A stretch of 62,920 nucleotides of DNA, filler included, from Reticulomyxa filosa (lineage: Eukaryota > Protista > Foraminifera), in the NCBI GenBank assembly GCA_000512085.1. It is 18 parts of 18 records of this genome, joined end to end, with 100 filler letters (N's around TTAATTAATTAA, not from the genome) between each part and the next. Parts side by side here need not be neighbours in the genome. Positions count along the whole stretch, not along the records: positions 36,994 to 40,869 come from ASPP01033900.1; positions 40,970 to 43,805 come from ASPP01027478.1; positions 43,906 to 45,006 come from ASPP01036800.1; positions 45,107 to 46,860 come from ASPP01014098.1; positions 46,961 to 54,443 come from ASPP01022133.1; 13 more parts are not named here. One strand, 5' to 3'. Below the pieces are notes generated by a model that searched no databases, had not been told where the DNA came from, and was given only the letters and a program-made list of their open reading frames with translations. This document shows positions 37,073 through 51,181 of the stretch, piece by piece (the stretch's first letter is position 1; each line of letters opens with the position of its first letter). The position numbers and the translations under genes were made by a program.

Positions 37073-40000
37073 TATTTGGAGTTATATTATAAGATGTGAC
37101 AATGCAATGCAAAAATAACTCCCAAGAATCTTCACTAATAAAGTCCAAATTTCGATCAACTACAATGGTCACTAATCTCTCTTTCAAATACCTATAAAAT
37201 CGTTCTAACATTCCGTTTGTTTGAGGATGATACGTCGATGTAAAGAGCTGTTTCATTCCCAAGACTTGAGATGTTAACTGTGCAATTTTACTAGTAAATT
37301 GAGTTCCGTTGTCAGTTATAATCGTTTCGGGAACACCGTGGCGACAAATCCACTCATGTACAAATGCTAATGCAACTTACTTTGATGTATGTGTTCGTAA
37401 TGGGATTGTCGTTACCCAACGAGTGAATCTGTTCATCATTGTTAAAATGTATTCATAACCACTATCCGTTTTGGGTAAGGGTCCGACGATATCGAGTGCG
37501 ACCATTTGGAAAGGTCTGCTTGCATGAAAGTGTTGTATTTCGCACAAATTTGCATCGTGTGATCCTTTGGCTATTTGGCATGTAAAGCAATTTCTACAGA
37601 ATGTTTTCACGTCATTTGTTATTCCAGGCCAATAAAGTCTTTCTCGAATAGTAGCAAGCATTCGTTGCGTTCCTTGATGTTGAGCAAATGCATGACAATG
37701 GAAATATCTCATTACATCGCTACGAATTAGTTTTGGTACAATTGGTTTGTTATTGAATGTTAATACTCCTATTTTGTTAACTTCAATTTTTCCTTTGGTA
37801 AAAGAGTTCCTCCATTTGATAGGTATATCGTCAATAGAGTGTTGATTTGTTTTGTTTCTTTCTTTCAATAATTTTATAATTATTTCAATATCTTTGTCTG
37901 TTCGTTGTGCTTCGCAAAATTTACTTGTTTCAAATAGTCCGTCGTAATCGAATATTTCAATGCGATTACTGAATGCTTTTTCAATTTGATACGTAATATT
38001 ACTACTACTCGAATTTTGCTTCTGATTGTAGTATGTGACTTTCATATTCTTATCCGAATGAGATCTAGTTATAACAAGCAACCTTTCGGCTGATTCCAAA
38101 CTTTTGGGATTTCTAGACAAAAAATCAGCGATAAAATTTTCGTTTCCAGGAAAATATTTCGCTTCGAAAGAAAATTCGCTTAGTTGTATCGCCCATCTGG
38201 CCAGTCGACTATTTACTTGTTTACCTGATAGTGCAATAAAGATGCTACATTTTTAGGTCAGTGTACGCTATAAATTTACGTAATAACGAGTAGTGCCTCC
38301 ATTTTTGGATAGCGTATACTAACGCATAAAGTCTTTTTCCGATGTGTGCCAATTCAATTGATGTATATCGAATTGCTTGGAAATAAATTCGATTGGTGCC
38401 AGAATACCATCGTGATTTTGCAATAATGCTGCACCTACAGCTTCGTTGGATGCGTCACAATGTACAATTAATGGTTCGTTTTGCTTTGGATGTCGCAATA
38501 CTTGAGCCTGTGCAATGGCCATTTTTAATTTTCCAAATGCTTTTTCATGTACGTCGTTCCAAACACATTTTGAATTCTTTCGACGTAATTTGGACAATTC
38601 TGCTGTCAACTTGGCCAAATTTGGTATGAATTTAGCAATACATTGAATTAACCCCAATTAATTTTTCCAACTGCTTTTTTGTTTTTGGTTTCGGAACATT
38701 CAATATCTTTTTGATATAGATCGAGTTGCTGATATGCATTTTTCTGATATTACATGTCCAAGAAATATAATTTCGCTTTAGAAAAAATTCACATTTATCT
38801 ATTGCCAATTTCAAGTTATATTTCGAAAAACGGCAAAATACTTCAGTTAATACTTTTAGATGGTATTCTTCAGAATCATTTGATATTAAAATGCCGTCTA
38901 TATAGACATCTACGTCGTCCATGTCATCAAATAAGGACGCCATTATACGTTAGAATGTGGCTGGTGCATTAGTGAATCCAAAGCCCATACGACTTCATTC
39001 ATACAGACCATTTGGAGTGATAAAAGCAGTTTTAGAACGATCTTATTCTCTAATTGGCACATGTAAATACCCCGATCGGACGTCCAGTTTTGAAAATATT
39101 CTTTTGGATGCCAATTTTTTTAATAAATCGTTCATATTTAGTAGCGGCCATTCGTCATGTACTGTTGCTTGATTTAAGCTTCGATAGTCGACGCACATAC
39201 GGAATGTTCCATTTTTCTTCTTTACTAATAAAACTGGAGATGCAAATTGTGATTAGCTTTTCCTTATGATGACTTCTTTTTCCAATTCTAAGACTTGTCG
39301 CTTCACTTCCTCTTGGTATGCTTGATTTAGCGGATAAGGTTTTTGTTTTATATACTTTATTTTCATTTCTGCATTTGGAATTTGCCCAATGTCAAACGTG
39401 CCAAATCTACTAACTTTTGATAATTGATCTAATGCTCTTTTTGACTTTGTGCTAATTGTTGTTCCAATTTTAGCTTCACTATAAGTCATCACTTTGTATT
39501 TTTCTTCCAGGATGTTCAATTCTACGTCGTTGCTATCAAATTTTGCGTTTGGGTCAATGTTATCATTTTATATATTCTTATTATCCACTAGTCGGTCATT
39601 GTTTCTCAAATTATCAACATTGCTTGCCGCATTTGTTCCAATATCTGGCAATGACTCCAAATCTTGACCGTCCAATGCATCATCAGAATGAACATGTTCG
39701 AACTTCTCATGTTCTAATTTTAATGAATATCCCAACTTGCGTAATACACTTCTGGATAAGATGAAATTGTGAAGAAGATTTGCAACTACATAAGAATCCT
39801 CTTGAAAAGCCGGTATGTGGTTACTATCACATAAAGTTAATTTTAATTTATCTTGCAGTGTCATATAACCCCCTGCATGCGCAACATTAAATGCTCTAGC
39901 ATCTTTTGTTAACAATTTACTAAATGTGTTTGCTATTGCTCCCTTGACCGCACAGTATCTGCGATTGCTTTTATTCTTCCAATTTCTTTTGTATCCACAT

Positions 40001-40869
40001 CGATCTCAATTGCATTGGGTCCTTCCATAACTTTGTCCAATCCTAACATTGGCAATATATGTTCGACATTCTCTTGATTTTCTATATGATGTTCAATGAC
40101 TTGAATCTCTTTTTTATCACCAGGACAACCACGTTGTTTATGTCCATGTTTTCCACATCTCCAACATTCGTTGTTCCAATGCTTTTTTGCTGTTACTATT
40201 GTTATAACTTTGCTTATTCTTTGGATAAGATTTACTAAATTGCCCATTACTTTGTTGTATCGTTGCTTGTTTTGTATTGTAGTATGTTTTCCAATACTTT
40301 GTGGTCGCTTCTTTGTTAAGTGTAATACGATTGTTATTGAACTTTGTATTATCACTATTGCTCTTCATAACTATTGATACTTTATTTTTTTGACCATTGT
40401 ATTTCCTATTTCGTGATTGGATTTCTTCTTTAAATCTATTTTGTGTAAATGACAGTGCCTCTTCCGTTTCTTCTAGCGTTGTTGGATTTTGTTCATACAC
40501 CAATTTGCGTACTAATCCATTTAATGAATCAATTAATGTCCCCATTAATCTTTCGTCCGATGGTTTTAACATTTTTCTTGCAGGCACTTTACATTTAGCA
40601 GCATAATCCAATTCCAACTTCAGTGCGCACTTTTCTTTACGCCAACGTAACAGTATATCAGCTGATCCTTCGTCAACTGTTGTTCTAAAGTATAACAGAT
40701 CATTTGTTCTTTCAGTAACATGATGTTCCTCTCCAAACATTGTGCATAACCACGTCATCAATTCGTTGAATGTTTGATGATGTTCAGTTGAAACAATCTC
40801 CTGTACTTCTAATGACAAGCACTGCGACAGCAATGGAATTGCTTCCACCATCGCCACCATCAATGACGG
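37073..40869 (-). mobile_element. Degenerate Ty3/gypsy LTR retrotransposon internal region (gag-PR-RT-RH-IN)
   Basis: Gag zinc knuckle CWRCGKHGHKQRGC; protease IADTV; RT KTAFITPNGLYE and YIDG (YxDD mutated); RNase H VHCDASNEAVGA; integrase H-H-C-C (HQG...YWPG...CFTC), ALDIVGPLP and YHPQTNGMLER. Domain order is gypsy-type; multiple frameshifts. Confidence 0.93.
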
Positions 40870-40969
40870 NNNNNNNNNNNNNNNNNNNNNNNNNNNNNNN
40901 NNNNNNNNNNNNNTTAATTAATTAANNNNNNNNNNNNNNNNNNNNNNNNNNNNNNNNNNNNNNNNNNNN

Positions 40970-43805
40970 TTCTTCTTTTTTTGTTAGCGTTGGATTTGAT
41001 TCGACGTGAATTTTGATATTTGAATCGCATAGGAACCTTTGGCGCAATCAAAATCAAATCGAACCATAACACGCAAAATAACAAAGAAGAAAATGTCAAT
41101 GCAAAGAGAATACAACTTGGAGATTCGTACCCAATTACAAATGCTCAATGTCACTTGCGAGCTCGCGATTCCTTCCATCAGCACACATTGATCAAAATCC
41201 AAAGTTGCGCACATCCGCACGCACACGATAAATTTCAACACGAATGGTCCATATGTACGTTTTGATTGTTCTTTCGCGCCATAAACTTGTAGCATATACC
41301 GAGATCGCAATTTTCTTTGGTGAATTTGCTACAACTGTCGATAGCAGAGGCCACACACCATGTAAACTCAAGTAGAGTTTGTAGCTTAAAAACTCGTGTT
41401 ACATTCTGGATATCGTCGTTTCGGCGACTTGGATCATCATCGTGGCTACGCTTTAATCATATCACAAGTATTTATCGCTTTAGTGGACATGCAAATTAAC
41501 GTATTCCTTTGTATGCGCTATTGTGCACTCCATACCAATCTGCAAGTTTGTTGCGAAATTAGTGGTTTCAATGAAACGGATCGTGACCAATATGCTATTG
41601 TTCAATTACATGCTCTCGCCCAGATCAAAAGGTTAATCGTCGATTCTATCTGTCTTGAGACTGTTCGAGTTGCGTCGTTGTCTTGGTCGAACGTGGGTAG
41701 CAAATTGGCCGCAATGCTGAAGCACGAGTAAGTGATTATGTGTCATTTTCAAACTAAAGCACCTTGTTCATTACATCTCGGCGTTTGTTGGCTATTCGGT
41801 CCACATGTCGAGTTTCGATACCAGATATTTCACATTTTCTATTTTTTCAATTTATGATATGAGTCCATGACATTCACTGCGCAATTTCGCCCGGTCTCGC
41901 AAATATACCGCCATCCAGGTCTTTTTTTTAAAAAACAAACATAATTATTGAATTTTGTTTTGTTCATTTGTCATCATCTATCTTCTATATCAATGGCCGT
42001 TGACAAATAATAACAAAACTGCAGTTGAGTTTTCTTATTTGCATTAGATATTCTTTTCTAACTCCAATGCCGTGTACGCCGTCTCCTTTCGCGTCCCTTC
42101 CAATGTATAATGTTGTCTATTGTTTCAATTTCAAAGTTCAACATTATACGTCGTTTAAAAAAAATAATGGTCAGATTAATTTTCTTTTTTTTTGCACTCG
42201 CCGTTATATGCTGGATTTCCTTTTTGTCGTCGCTTTCATATGTTGCTATCGTTTCCGGAACCAATCGAATCTTGAAAATTGATCTTCGTTTGGCGAAGGC
42301 ACATATTCTTTTTGGACACTACATTTCACATTCGAACCAGGTCACTCTCAATTGATATATCTTTTGACTACAAACAAATATCTCAAAACAAAAAAAGAAA
42401 AAAGAACAAACCTAAAAGTAGAGATATTTGTTGATCATCAGGAATCCATAAGTCTATAAAGAAGACACAAGATATCATTATATATTTAAAAAAATTATTT
42501 ATAAACAAACAAACTTAATTCAATGTCAATGTTCTATCGACAGTGAGGCGGCACGAAAAATTATATTTAATCAATCTGGAACGATTCTTGATTGAATTGA
42601 CCTTTTCTTCAAATTGCAATTGACTTTTCCAGTTTCTATTTCTCTGGTTACAATCTTTTTGCCGAGCAAAGTTATTGATATTGAGTTGGATGAGTGGTCC
42701 GCGAACGCTCACCATAGCAGCACCAACACCGATATCACCTTTCACACGTTATCTGGATGCGGTATATTTGCAAGACGAGACGAAAGCGTAAAGTTTGATC
42801 AAATCTATTCAATTCAACCTGTTGCCGCCCCATTGGCAAAAACTGTGCGATCGTCAGGTTTAAATGGTTTCAATTTGAATGGCGTATTAGAGGTTTTAGG
42901 GTCGAACAGATTCACCAAAGAAATCGCTACTTGAGAAATGAAGGCTCTTCGCTTGAAATGGCCACGACATACATTGGCTGCAAAATATTTCTTTCATCGC
43001 ACTGTCCGTGAGTGTTCTACAAACTACTTTTCCTCGAGATAACTTAACGTATGCTCGAATCTTAAATTTGATCTTCGATAATGGCGCTTGCGGAGGTGAC
43101 GTTGCGCCGTCTTCGTCATCGAGGTCGTTGTCATTGCTGCCGTCAATTTGCTTTCCAATATTGCAATAAAATCCAATACAAAGTTCTGCTGATTGCATTA
43201 GAATTCCAACTATCCAACGTAATTTCATTAACTTTTTCATTGAAAAACTCCACGTTGCCAAGTTAGCGCAAGACACATGCTTTACTCTACAAGATTCGAA
43301 CTCGATTGCTGACAACCGCATCACCAAATTCACCTTGTGAGTTGGAGGATGAGATGTCCCCAAATGGGAGGCTATTTTCAATTTGCTGACCAACCGCTGT
43401 TTGTACTTTTCAATGCATTGCAAATGTTTGGAAAGTCGGGATATTCGTGTATTTACTCGGCTTATCTATTTGCTCACGGGGTCCTACTTTACATTTCAAT
43501 ATTAGCCACTGAACGTCGACTATCAAAGTACATACGGTTTTTCGCACAATGTATTGAAAACACAATTATGATAACACAAAGTAAGGATAGTGAACTTGTA
43601 CGTCTTTACTTCTATCATGATCATTGATCTACCAATTAATTTACAATATTTCTTCGCAGCGATTAAAGTCAGTCATGTCGATCCAGCTCATAACACTTTT
43701 ACGACCACAATCCAATCCAACTGATTGCCAATTTTGATTTTTTTGTTTCTTGGATTGGTCTAATCATAGTCGTCTGCTACTCCTTGCAATTCACATCGCC
43801 ATTGT
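40970..43805 (-). pseudogene. Long unidentified decayed coding region
   Basis: Exon-like composition with fragmented ORFs (e.g. 42896-43423). No motif recognised and strand is uncertain. Confidence 0.25.
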
Positions 43806-43905
43806 NNNNNNNNNNNNNNNNNNNNNNNNNNNNNNNNNNNNNNNNNNNNTTAATTAATTAANNNNNNNNNNNNNNNNNNNNNNNNNNNNNNNNNNNNNNN
43901 NNNNN

Positions 43906-44877
43906 ATGACCTTTTCCAATGGCTTGCCAAGTCGTCCCAGGTCCTAAATAAGCCACATTTACACATTTACAACAATACAATACAATTAATTATTGAAATT
44001 ATTTAAATAAAAACATAATTGGATATAATATTTAATATAGATCATTACAAAACTTTAATATATTTGCCGTCACCGAACTTGGTGAGGCTATCACCAAATA
44101 GTCGATGCGCAATGACGCAATCGACATCAATTTTATCCAACACGTAGTTGGCATACGGCGCCCCAGAGGCAGTAAATACGACGATATCGTATTTTTTACT
44201 GCACTCTGACAGGAAGCGGCGCAGGAATGGACGAACTTTTACTTTCGTCTTCACACGACCTGACTTGCTCATCCCATCAATCACAAAGTCAGGATTTTTC
44301 ATTTCCTATTTTGTTTATTGTGTATGTTTGTTTTGTTTCGATTGTTTTTCTTTTTGTGTTATCTATAAATACAAAACAAAACAAAACTTCAAATGTGCTG
44401 AAGACCATAGTCTCATCTAGGTCCATCACCAGCAACTTTCTTTTCGATTGAATTAATTCTTGGGGGAGCAAATATTGCATCACCCCTTGACCACGTTCAT
44501 CGGCTGGCTTTGTCTCTTGTTGGTGCAGTTGCTGAGGTTGCTGTTGTTGGGATTGTTGTTGTTGGCGTTGCTGCAGCTGTGGTTGTTGTGATTGTGGCTG
44601 CTGTGATTGTTGTTGGTGCTGATGTCGCTGCAGCTGCGGCCGTGATTGTTGTTGGGGTTGCTGCTGTTGGTGGTCTTGTGCATGTTGTTGCTTCTATTAT
44701 TGGTCACAAATCATACAAATTCAAATGATAGTCAATGCTAATCTATTTACTCAATTATTCAACATACATAATGCAACATACCCTTAATCTTCGGCAACAT
44801 AGCCTCTCACAGCATTTGCCCAATGTATCCATCCATCCATTGACGCACGAGCATATGCTGTCATACATCTGCAACAT
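43906..44877 (-). CDS. FCP1/SCP-family (CTD small phosphatase-like) HAD phosphatase; 3' truncated
   Basis: KLLVMDLDETMV (DxDxT), VKVRPFLRRFL, VVFTASGAPYA..VLDKID and YIK|DLGRLGK. Cys-rich first exon and a Gln-rich linker. Confidence 0.9.
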
Positions 44878-45127
44878 CTATTTCATTCATCGTCATTTCC
44901 AATTCAAATCACCAAAAAAAAAATATCGTCATTAATTCTGTGCACGCTTTTTTTTTATAAACGCAAAAAAAAAAGTAACTCGTGCTCGTTTTGATGTTCG
45001 CACTGCNNNNNNNNNNNNNNNNNNNNNNNNNNNNNNNNNNNNNNNNNNNNTTAATTAATTAANNNNNNNNNNNNNNNNNNNNNNNNNNNNNNNNNNNNNN
45101 NNNNNNAAAAAAAAAAAAAAAAAGAAA

Positions 45128-46840
45128 TACCAGCACAATCACCAGCCAACAAATGCATTTCATTAGTAGTGAAACACAGTGCGGTAACACTTGCAAACTC
45201 AAAGTGACTACTGTTTTCTCGCGACCGAATAATGTTGAGTTTATCTATGACGTCCATGTTATTATGACTTTGAACATAATACACACAAATGAGTCCATGC
45301 TGTTGTCCCCAGTCCATGCTCCCGCCTGCCGCCACTAGTGTTCCCTCTATACTGACTGTCAGACATTGTGCCGTACTCCATTTCTGATTAAGTCCCGGCC
45401 AATTGGATACTTTTATTGGTTTCACCCACTTTCGTTGTCGGTGGACTTTCCAAAATCGAATTTGTCCATGTTCATCTGCGCTCACGATCAACTGGCCATT
45501 TGTGTGACTGACCATTGCACTGACTTTATTTTTGTGAGTTCCGACAATGTCATCTGCCAACCATTGCTAGTTTTTTTTTGTTTTTTTTTTTTTTTTTTGG
45601 TTAATAATTAACATAAAATTTGTACACAAACAGGCCAGATTAACTGGTTTTTTTTTTGGTTTTTTTTTTTTTTGTGCTGTGTAATTGTAACTTGTTCATC
45701 TTGATCGCATTTCTCAATTTCGATTTCAAGTACTTTTGGTCGTGGTGTTTCTTGCTGTTCTATCGCGTTACCTGTGTCATCACTGTTTTCCACAGAATAT
45801 TCAGGTGACAGCAATTTGTTCTGTTTGTTTTGTGTGGTTGTGTTTTTATGGGTGAGTTAATAGATATTACCCTCTCACTCCTTTTTAATTGCTGTTACAA
45901 TTGAAAAAGGCTTTGCACCTGTTGGTGAGAGGTTTCGACGAAATGGTTGCTGGGCATTTCTGAATACATCTTTTGTGAGTCCTCGGCAATTTTTAGTGGC
46001 TGTAAAGAGGGTGGAGATATCAGCTCCCTCACTTCACAGCTCACTGATGTCTCATTGGGAGGACTCACCACCACTACCAAATGTTTCGTTTTGTCTTTAT
46101 GCGTTTCCAACATCGCATCTTCTTCATCGCTCTGACTGGAATACTTAGAAAACTCGTTCGCATTGCTGTCCATCCCCCGGAGTCGCAATACTCCTTTGCC
46201 ATCACCCCAGTTTTCATAAGAACGAGTGGAATTTCCACTCAGCGGCCCTTTAGCACAAACAAATTGCAAAAACAACATCCCCTCCCCTTAAAAAAAAAAA
46301 AAAATGGATCATTAATTGTACGTATACAATTTTTTAAAAAATATAGGCTACGGTAAGTATATGTGTGGTAAAGCAAATGCATAAATAAAAAGAAGGAAGC
46401 GCGTAGTAGATACCATTGATGTTCGACCGCAAGACGGGGGCATTTCTGCGAATGAACAATATTTCGATCATTGTGATCAAAGTGTCCATACGATTGTTGT
46501 GTAGTCTTTTAGCAAGGAGTCTTTCAATGGCTTGCTTGTTGTCATTGCCATTATCGCTGTTGCAATTACTGTTAGCAGCAGTCGTATTGGTAATACCGTC
46601 ACCTTGGCTTATTTTTTTCGACTTTCTTTTGATATTGAGACCAGGGTTATTGGATAACTCTTCCTCGATTTGTGTTCGCAGATTGCTCACTTTCGCATCA
46701 AAATCACGAGCATAGATTGCATCTTGTTTATATAAGTAAGCATGCACGTAATCATGAATACTGTCCACAGATTGAAGTACGCGTTTTACTTCTTCACATA
46801 AGCACGTAGCCAGTGCATTTAGCCGAAGCATTTCACGTTC
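45128..46840 (-). CDS. Internal exons of a large protein with WD40 repeats; both ends truncated
   Basis: HKNKVSAMVSHTNGQLIVSADEHGQIRFW and VTALCFTTNEMHLLAGD, preceded by helical and low-complexity exons. Confidence 0.65.
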
Positions 46841-46960
46841 CTTTTTTTTAAAAAAAAAAANNNNNNNNNNNNNNNNNNNNNNNNNNNNNNNNNNNNNNNN
46901 NNNNTTAATTAATTAANNNNNNNNNNNNNNNNNNNNNNNNNNNNNNNNNNNNNNNNNNNN

Positions 46961-48812
46961 AATTTTTAATGATTTTTCATAATATTCAATTGCTTTGTCA
47001 TATTTTCCTTTCTTATTATAAACAACTCCAAAATTGTTGTATGAAATAGCAACAATAGGATGATCAGATCCCAATTTACTCAATCTAATTTTTAATGATT
47101 TTTCATAATATTCAATTGCTTTGTCATACTCTCCTTTCTTTTTATATGCTCTGCCTAACCGAGCATAAGATTTTGCAACATCAATATGAGAATCATATAA
47201 TGTTTGTAATCTAAAACAAAGTACAAAACGAAGTAATTGAATTGCTTCATTCAATTTTGATATTTCTAATGTATTTTTTCCCAATTTCGTTAAATTTTTT
47301 ATATCAATAGGCCAAGGGCAAGTAAAAACATGAGAACGAAAGTGATAACGAATAATAGATTGATTAGTAGGAATAAGCTGTTGGGTAATATGACAATTTC
47401 CAAATCCGTCAATAGTACAATCAACAACATAAACGGATCCATCGATTGTGATATTATCAAATGTAATATTTTTTGAATAAAATGAAGAAATAGCATATGG
47501 TCCAATTATTAATTTCTGTTTCATATATTGATTTGAATTGATCATCATTGAGAAAGGGATATTATCTTGGGATAATCGATGATTTGATTTTTCTAATTTG
47601 TCTAGATTTGTTGCAACAACTACAATTCCTTGTTGTTTGGTATTAATCATTTCATTTACCATTTTATGTGCTTTGTTATTTGCTTTATTCCATGAATGAT
47701 CTTTATCAATTTCAGTGTTTGTATTTAATAAATAATTATTACTATTAAGACAAAGGAAGACATTTCGATTGCGAGTTGTAGTAATTTGAATAATTTGTCC
47801 ATTCAATGCTTTTTGTTTAACCAATTTAGAAATTAATATTAAATTGTCATCTAATGATTTTGATAATTTAATATTTTGTGACATTACATTGCAAAAACAT
47901 TCAGCAAAATGACTTCCTTTTTCTTTATCTGAATTTATTGAATTGAGTATTAATTTTTCAGGAATTGTTGAAGTTATTATAAAAGTATTTGATCCACAAT
48001 TATACTGTTGTTGAGGTTGCTCATTTACTCGATATGCATTTTTAATATATATTTTAGGTTTATTTATATCGCTTGTAAACAATTCTTGTATTTTTTTAAA
48101 TGGTTTGTATCTATTATCATCTGATGTTATTAATATATACCCTTCTTTTGATGTTGTATTACAATAACCACACCAAAAAAATATTAATGAATCATAATTC
48201 TTTTCATTATTATTTGCTTTAACTAAATTTGTATAATGTTTTATCAAAAACCGATTTAATTGCTTTAATGTTAATGATTCAGTCTCAGGTTTATTTGGAT
48301 CATAAGTGCAATGTACTTCATATCCGTATACTTTTTCAAATAAATTTCGAAGTATCATTAAATCTACTTTCACTTCATGCAAATCATCTAAACTCTTATA
48401 TTTTGAAGCTCCTGTTAATATCACTAACGGATTTACTATTCTGTAAAATTCATTTTCTTTTTCATCTTCAGGATATTTCTTTTCATCGTTATCATCATTA
48501 TCTAGTTTGTAAATCAATTTGGTTTTAAAATAAAAAAAGCAAACAAATAATTGAATAAAAAATAGAAACAAAACTTTGAATAAAATGAACAAAAAATAAA
48601 ACAGGTTTTGTCTTGAATGCATTCCTTAATTGTCTGTTACTGGCAATATCTTGGCTATTATTATCGACAATTTTAAAATCAATTTTATCGTTTCCATTTT
48701 TTGTTGTGTTAATAACCTCTAACACTTTTTCTTTCAATCTTTTTAATCTCAGAAAAACAAGTGTCACTTTATGAACCTCTTTTTCAATAGAAACAAAAGC
48801 CTTGTAAGGCAT
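46961..48812 (-). CDS. PB1-like + degenerate caspase-like domain + TPR-repeat protein; 3' truncated
   Basis: Exon 1 MPYKAFVSIE...FKIVDNNSQDIASNRQLRNAF; intron at about 48503-48574; caspase fold NPLVILTGASKY, IFFWCGYC and PKIYIKNAYR; 42-aa TPRs (GEYDKAIEYYEKSLKI...HPIVAISYNN). Confidence 0.8.
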
Positions 48813-49229
48813 TCTTCTTTAGTTTGTAGTTAGCAGTTAGTAGTTATGATAAATAAAAAAGTTCTGTGTCAACTCCAGTTTTTTTTAGAACCTTTCACGT
48901 GTTTATGTTTTTTTTTCGAGAAAAGTAGCAGAATATTTTGTATATTTAAAAATTTTTCTTTTTGATAAATTATAAGATTGGACAAAAAGAAATAGTTGTA
49001 TTTGTAATTCTGTTTTATGAAATGAATGATCTTTTCATATTTGTGAATGTGACTTATTACAATTCAATATTTTGCCGTTATGATTAGGTTACAAGAGAGA
49101 ATAAAAGAATATTCTAATTCAATGACATAACAAAGGAAAACGATTGATTATTGTAATCTTTTTCTTTTTTGTCTTCGTTAATTTGATTTTTAGGTTGATA
49201 TCAATCTGATGTATGTCATGAATGATATG

Positions 49230-50269
49230 TTTATGTGAAATGGAAATAAAGAACAAATGATACCAGTTGTTGTTTTAAGATTAGATTTTCATTATTTATT
49301 TTTGTAATTTCTTCATTTTGTTTTTTCATTTAATTTTTTTCCTGATTTTAATTATTTAATTTCATCCTATATTTGTTTTTACAATTAATTATATATTTGT
49401 ATTTTCAATGCAATCAAAAGGACAAATACGCAAATATTTTTAAAAAAATAGAAAATCCTTACATTGAGTTTTGCATTGTTTATCATTGTTGCTTTTTAGA
49501 ATTTCTTCCAATTTGATGATGCAAATATCAAATGCACTTTGACATTGTTTGATTTGTTGAATTTCTTTGATTTTTTCGTTATCACTTTCTTTTAGCTTTT
49601 CAATTTCTGCATTACTTTCAAGTTCGTTTTTCTTAGTTCTTCCTTTTTAAAAAAAAGTATTTCCCTTTGTTTATTCATTTATCAAAATTATTGAAAAAAA
49701 CTCAAAAATAATGACAAAACTATTTGTAATTTTTCAGCGTGCAATTGCGATTGTAGCTCTTTGGCCAATGAAATAATTTGTTGAATTGAGATCAATCGAC
49801 ATAAATTGTCAAATGATTTTCATTTCACTTATTTTTCCTTTGTAGTTGCACTCATCTTCGTGTCCTTCTTTTTCTCCTAATTTTGTCCATTCTTTTGCTT
49901 GATTATTTTTCCAAACGTATTATCGAGGACATATTACCAATAAATCTGAAACTTGTTCAAAGATTGGTTCTTCACAAATTCACAATGATCGTGTTGTTGA
50001 ATTGGGCATTTGTCATTGCTTTGTTTCAAGTACGTTTGCAAACACTTTTCTCCGACCAAATATACTTGTCGTGTATTTTCATGTTCATTGCATTGCAGTT
50101 TCACTGCGTTGTTTGCAATTTGGTTGCAAATGCAACAGATTAAATGGCTCAATTTCTGTTGATTGTTGGTTAACAAAACCAAGTCTTTGTTATAACAACC
50201 AGAACTGAAAAATGTTTCTATTTCATTTTCCAGGTTTATTTCATCTCTTTCCACATTTAAGGCTAACAT
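49230..50269 (-). pseudogene. RING/TRAF-type zinc-finger + coiled-coil gene, frameshifted
   Basis: LICCICNQIANNAVKLQCNEH...VGEKCLQTYL...CPIQQHDHC, followed by broken frames and coiled-coil remnants. Confidence 0.65.
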
Positions 50270-50984
50270 TATCTATCCTTTTCTTTATTATGATGAATAG
50301 TTTTTTCTTCAAAAAAAAGTAATGCTTAAAAAGGGATAACACGAAACTATATTTTTATAAAGTAGTTAGCACTATTGCACAATTTTGTTTATTTATTTTT
50401 ATGTTTGAAAAAAGTAAATGAAAACAACAGCAAAAATGCAATCTTCATTTTATAATACTTTGTTAATGTTTGTGGATCTTCAAATTACATTAATTTCGTG
50501 TTTAATCCTGTTTAAGGTGAGTAAATGGAATGAAGGAAGTAACAATTGAGTCTTTTGCACATTCAATTTCCGAAAGTATCAATAAGCAAAAGATTGTGTT
50601 GTTTGGAAACAATTTAATAAAAAAGCAAGAGCAGATTAATAATAAAAGTAACGCTGTGGCACAATGAGGAGTATATACGGTTACATAAAACAAAAACTAT
50701 GATTATTGATTTAAGTGTAGTTGTGATAAAAGGAAGTGCAAATTTATTTGAATTTATTATTATGTATCAAAGTATATCATATTTCTATTGCAATTATCCC
50801 TTGCGTACTTTTCTAGAATCAAATGTTGTTTGTAAATCACATTTGTTTAACATAAACAACAAAACGAATACAAGTGTTCTTTGTAATGTCTATTTAAACT
50901 CATTGTCATACAACTCAACAAAAAGATTAAAAATTTCTTATTTTCAATACATGTTCAATTTATATGAAGTCCTTCGAAATTTTT

Positions 50985-51181
50985 AAAAATCATTTCAAAA
51001 AATCATATTTTTCATAAACTAGGAAAAACTTACATAAAACCAATTTCATATTTAAAAACTACAAGATTAGTAGATATTTTTTTTTAAAAAAATTAGGTTT
51101 AAATCTTTATTTTTCATGGAGAAAATCGATTCTCTTCGTATAGTGCCATTTAGGTATTGCAGTTTTTTTTGCAATCTACTG
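50985..51181. repeat. Copy of the CAGTAG-TIR repeat terminus; further diverged copy at about 51565-51662
   Basis: ATCTTTATTTTTCATGGAGAAAATCGA...CAATCTACTG|TA is shared with 36994-37072. Confidence 0.7.
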
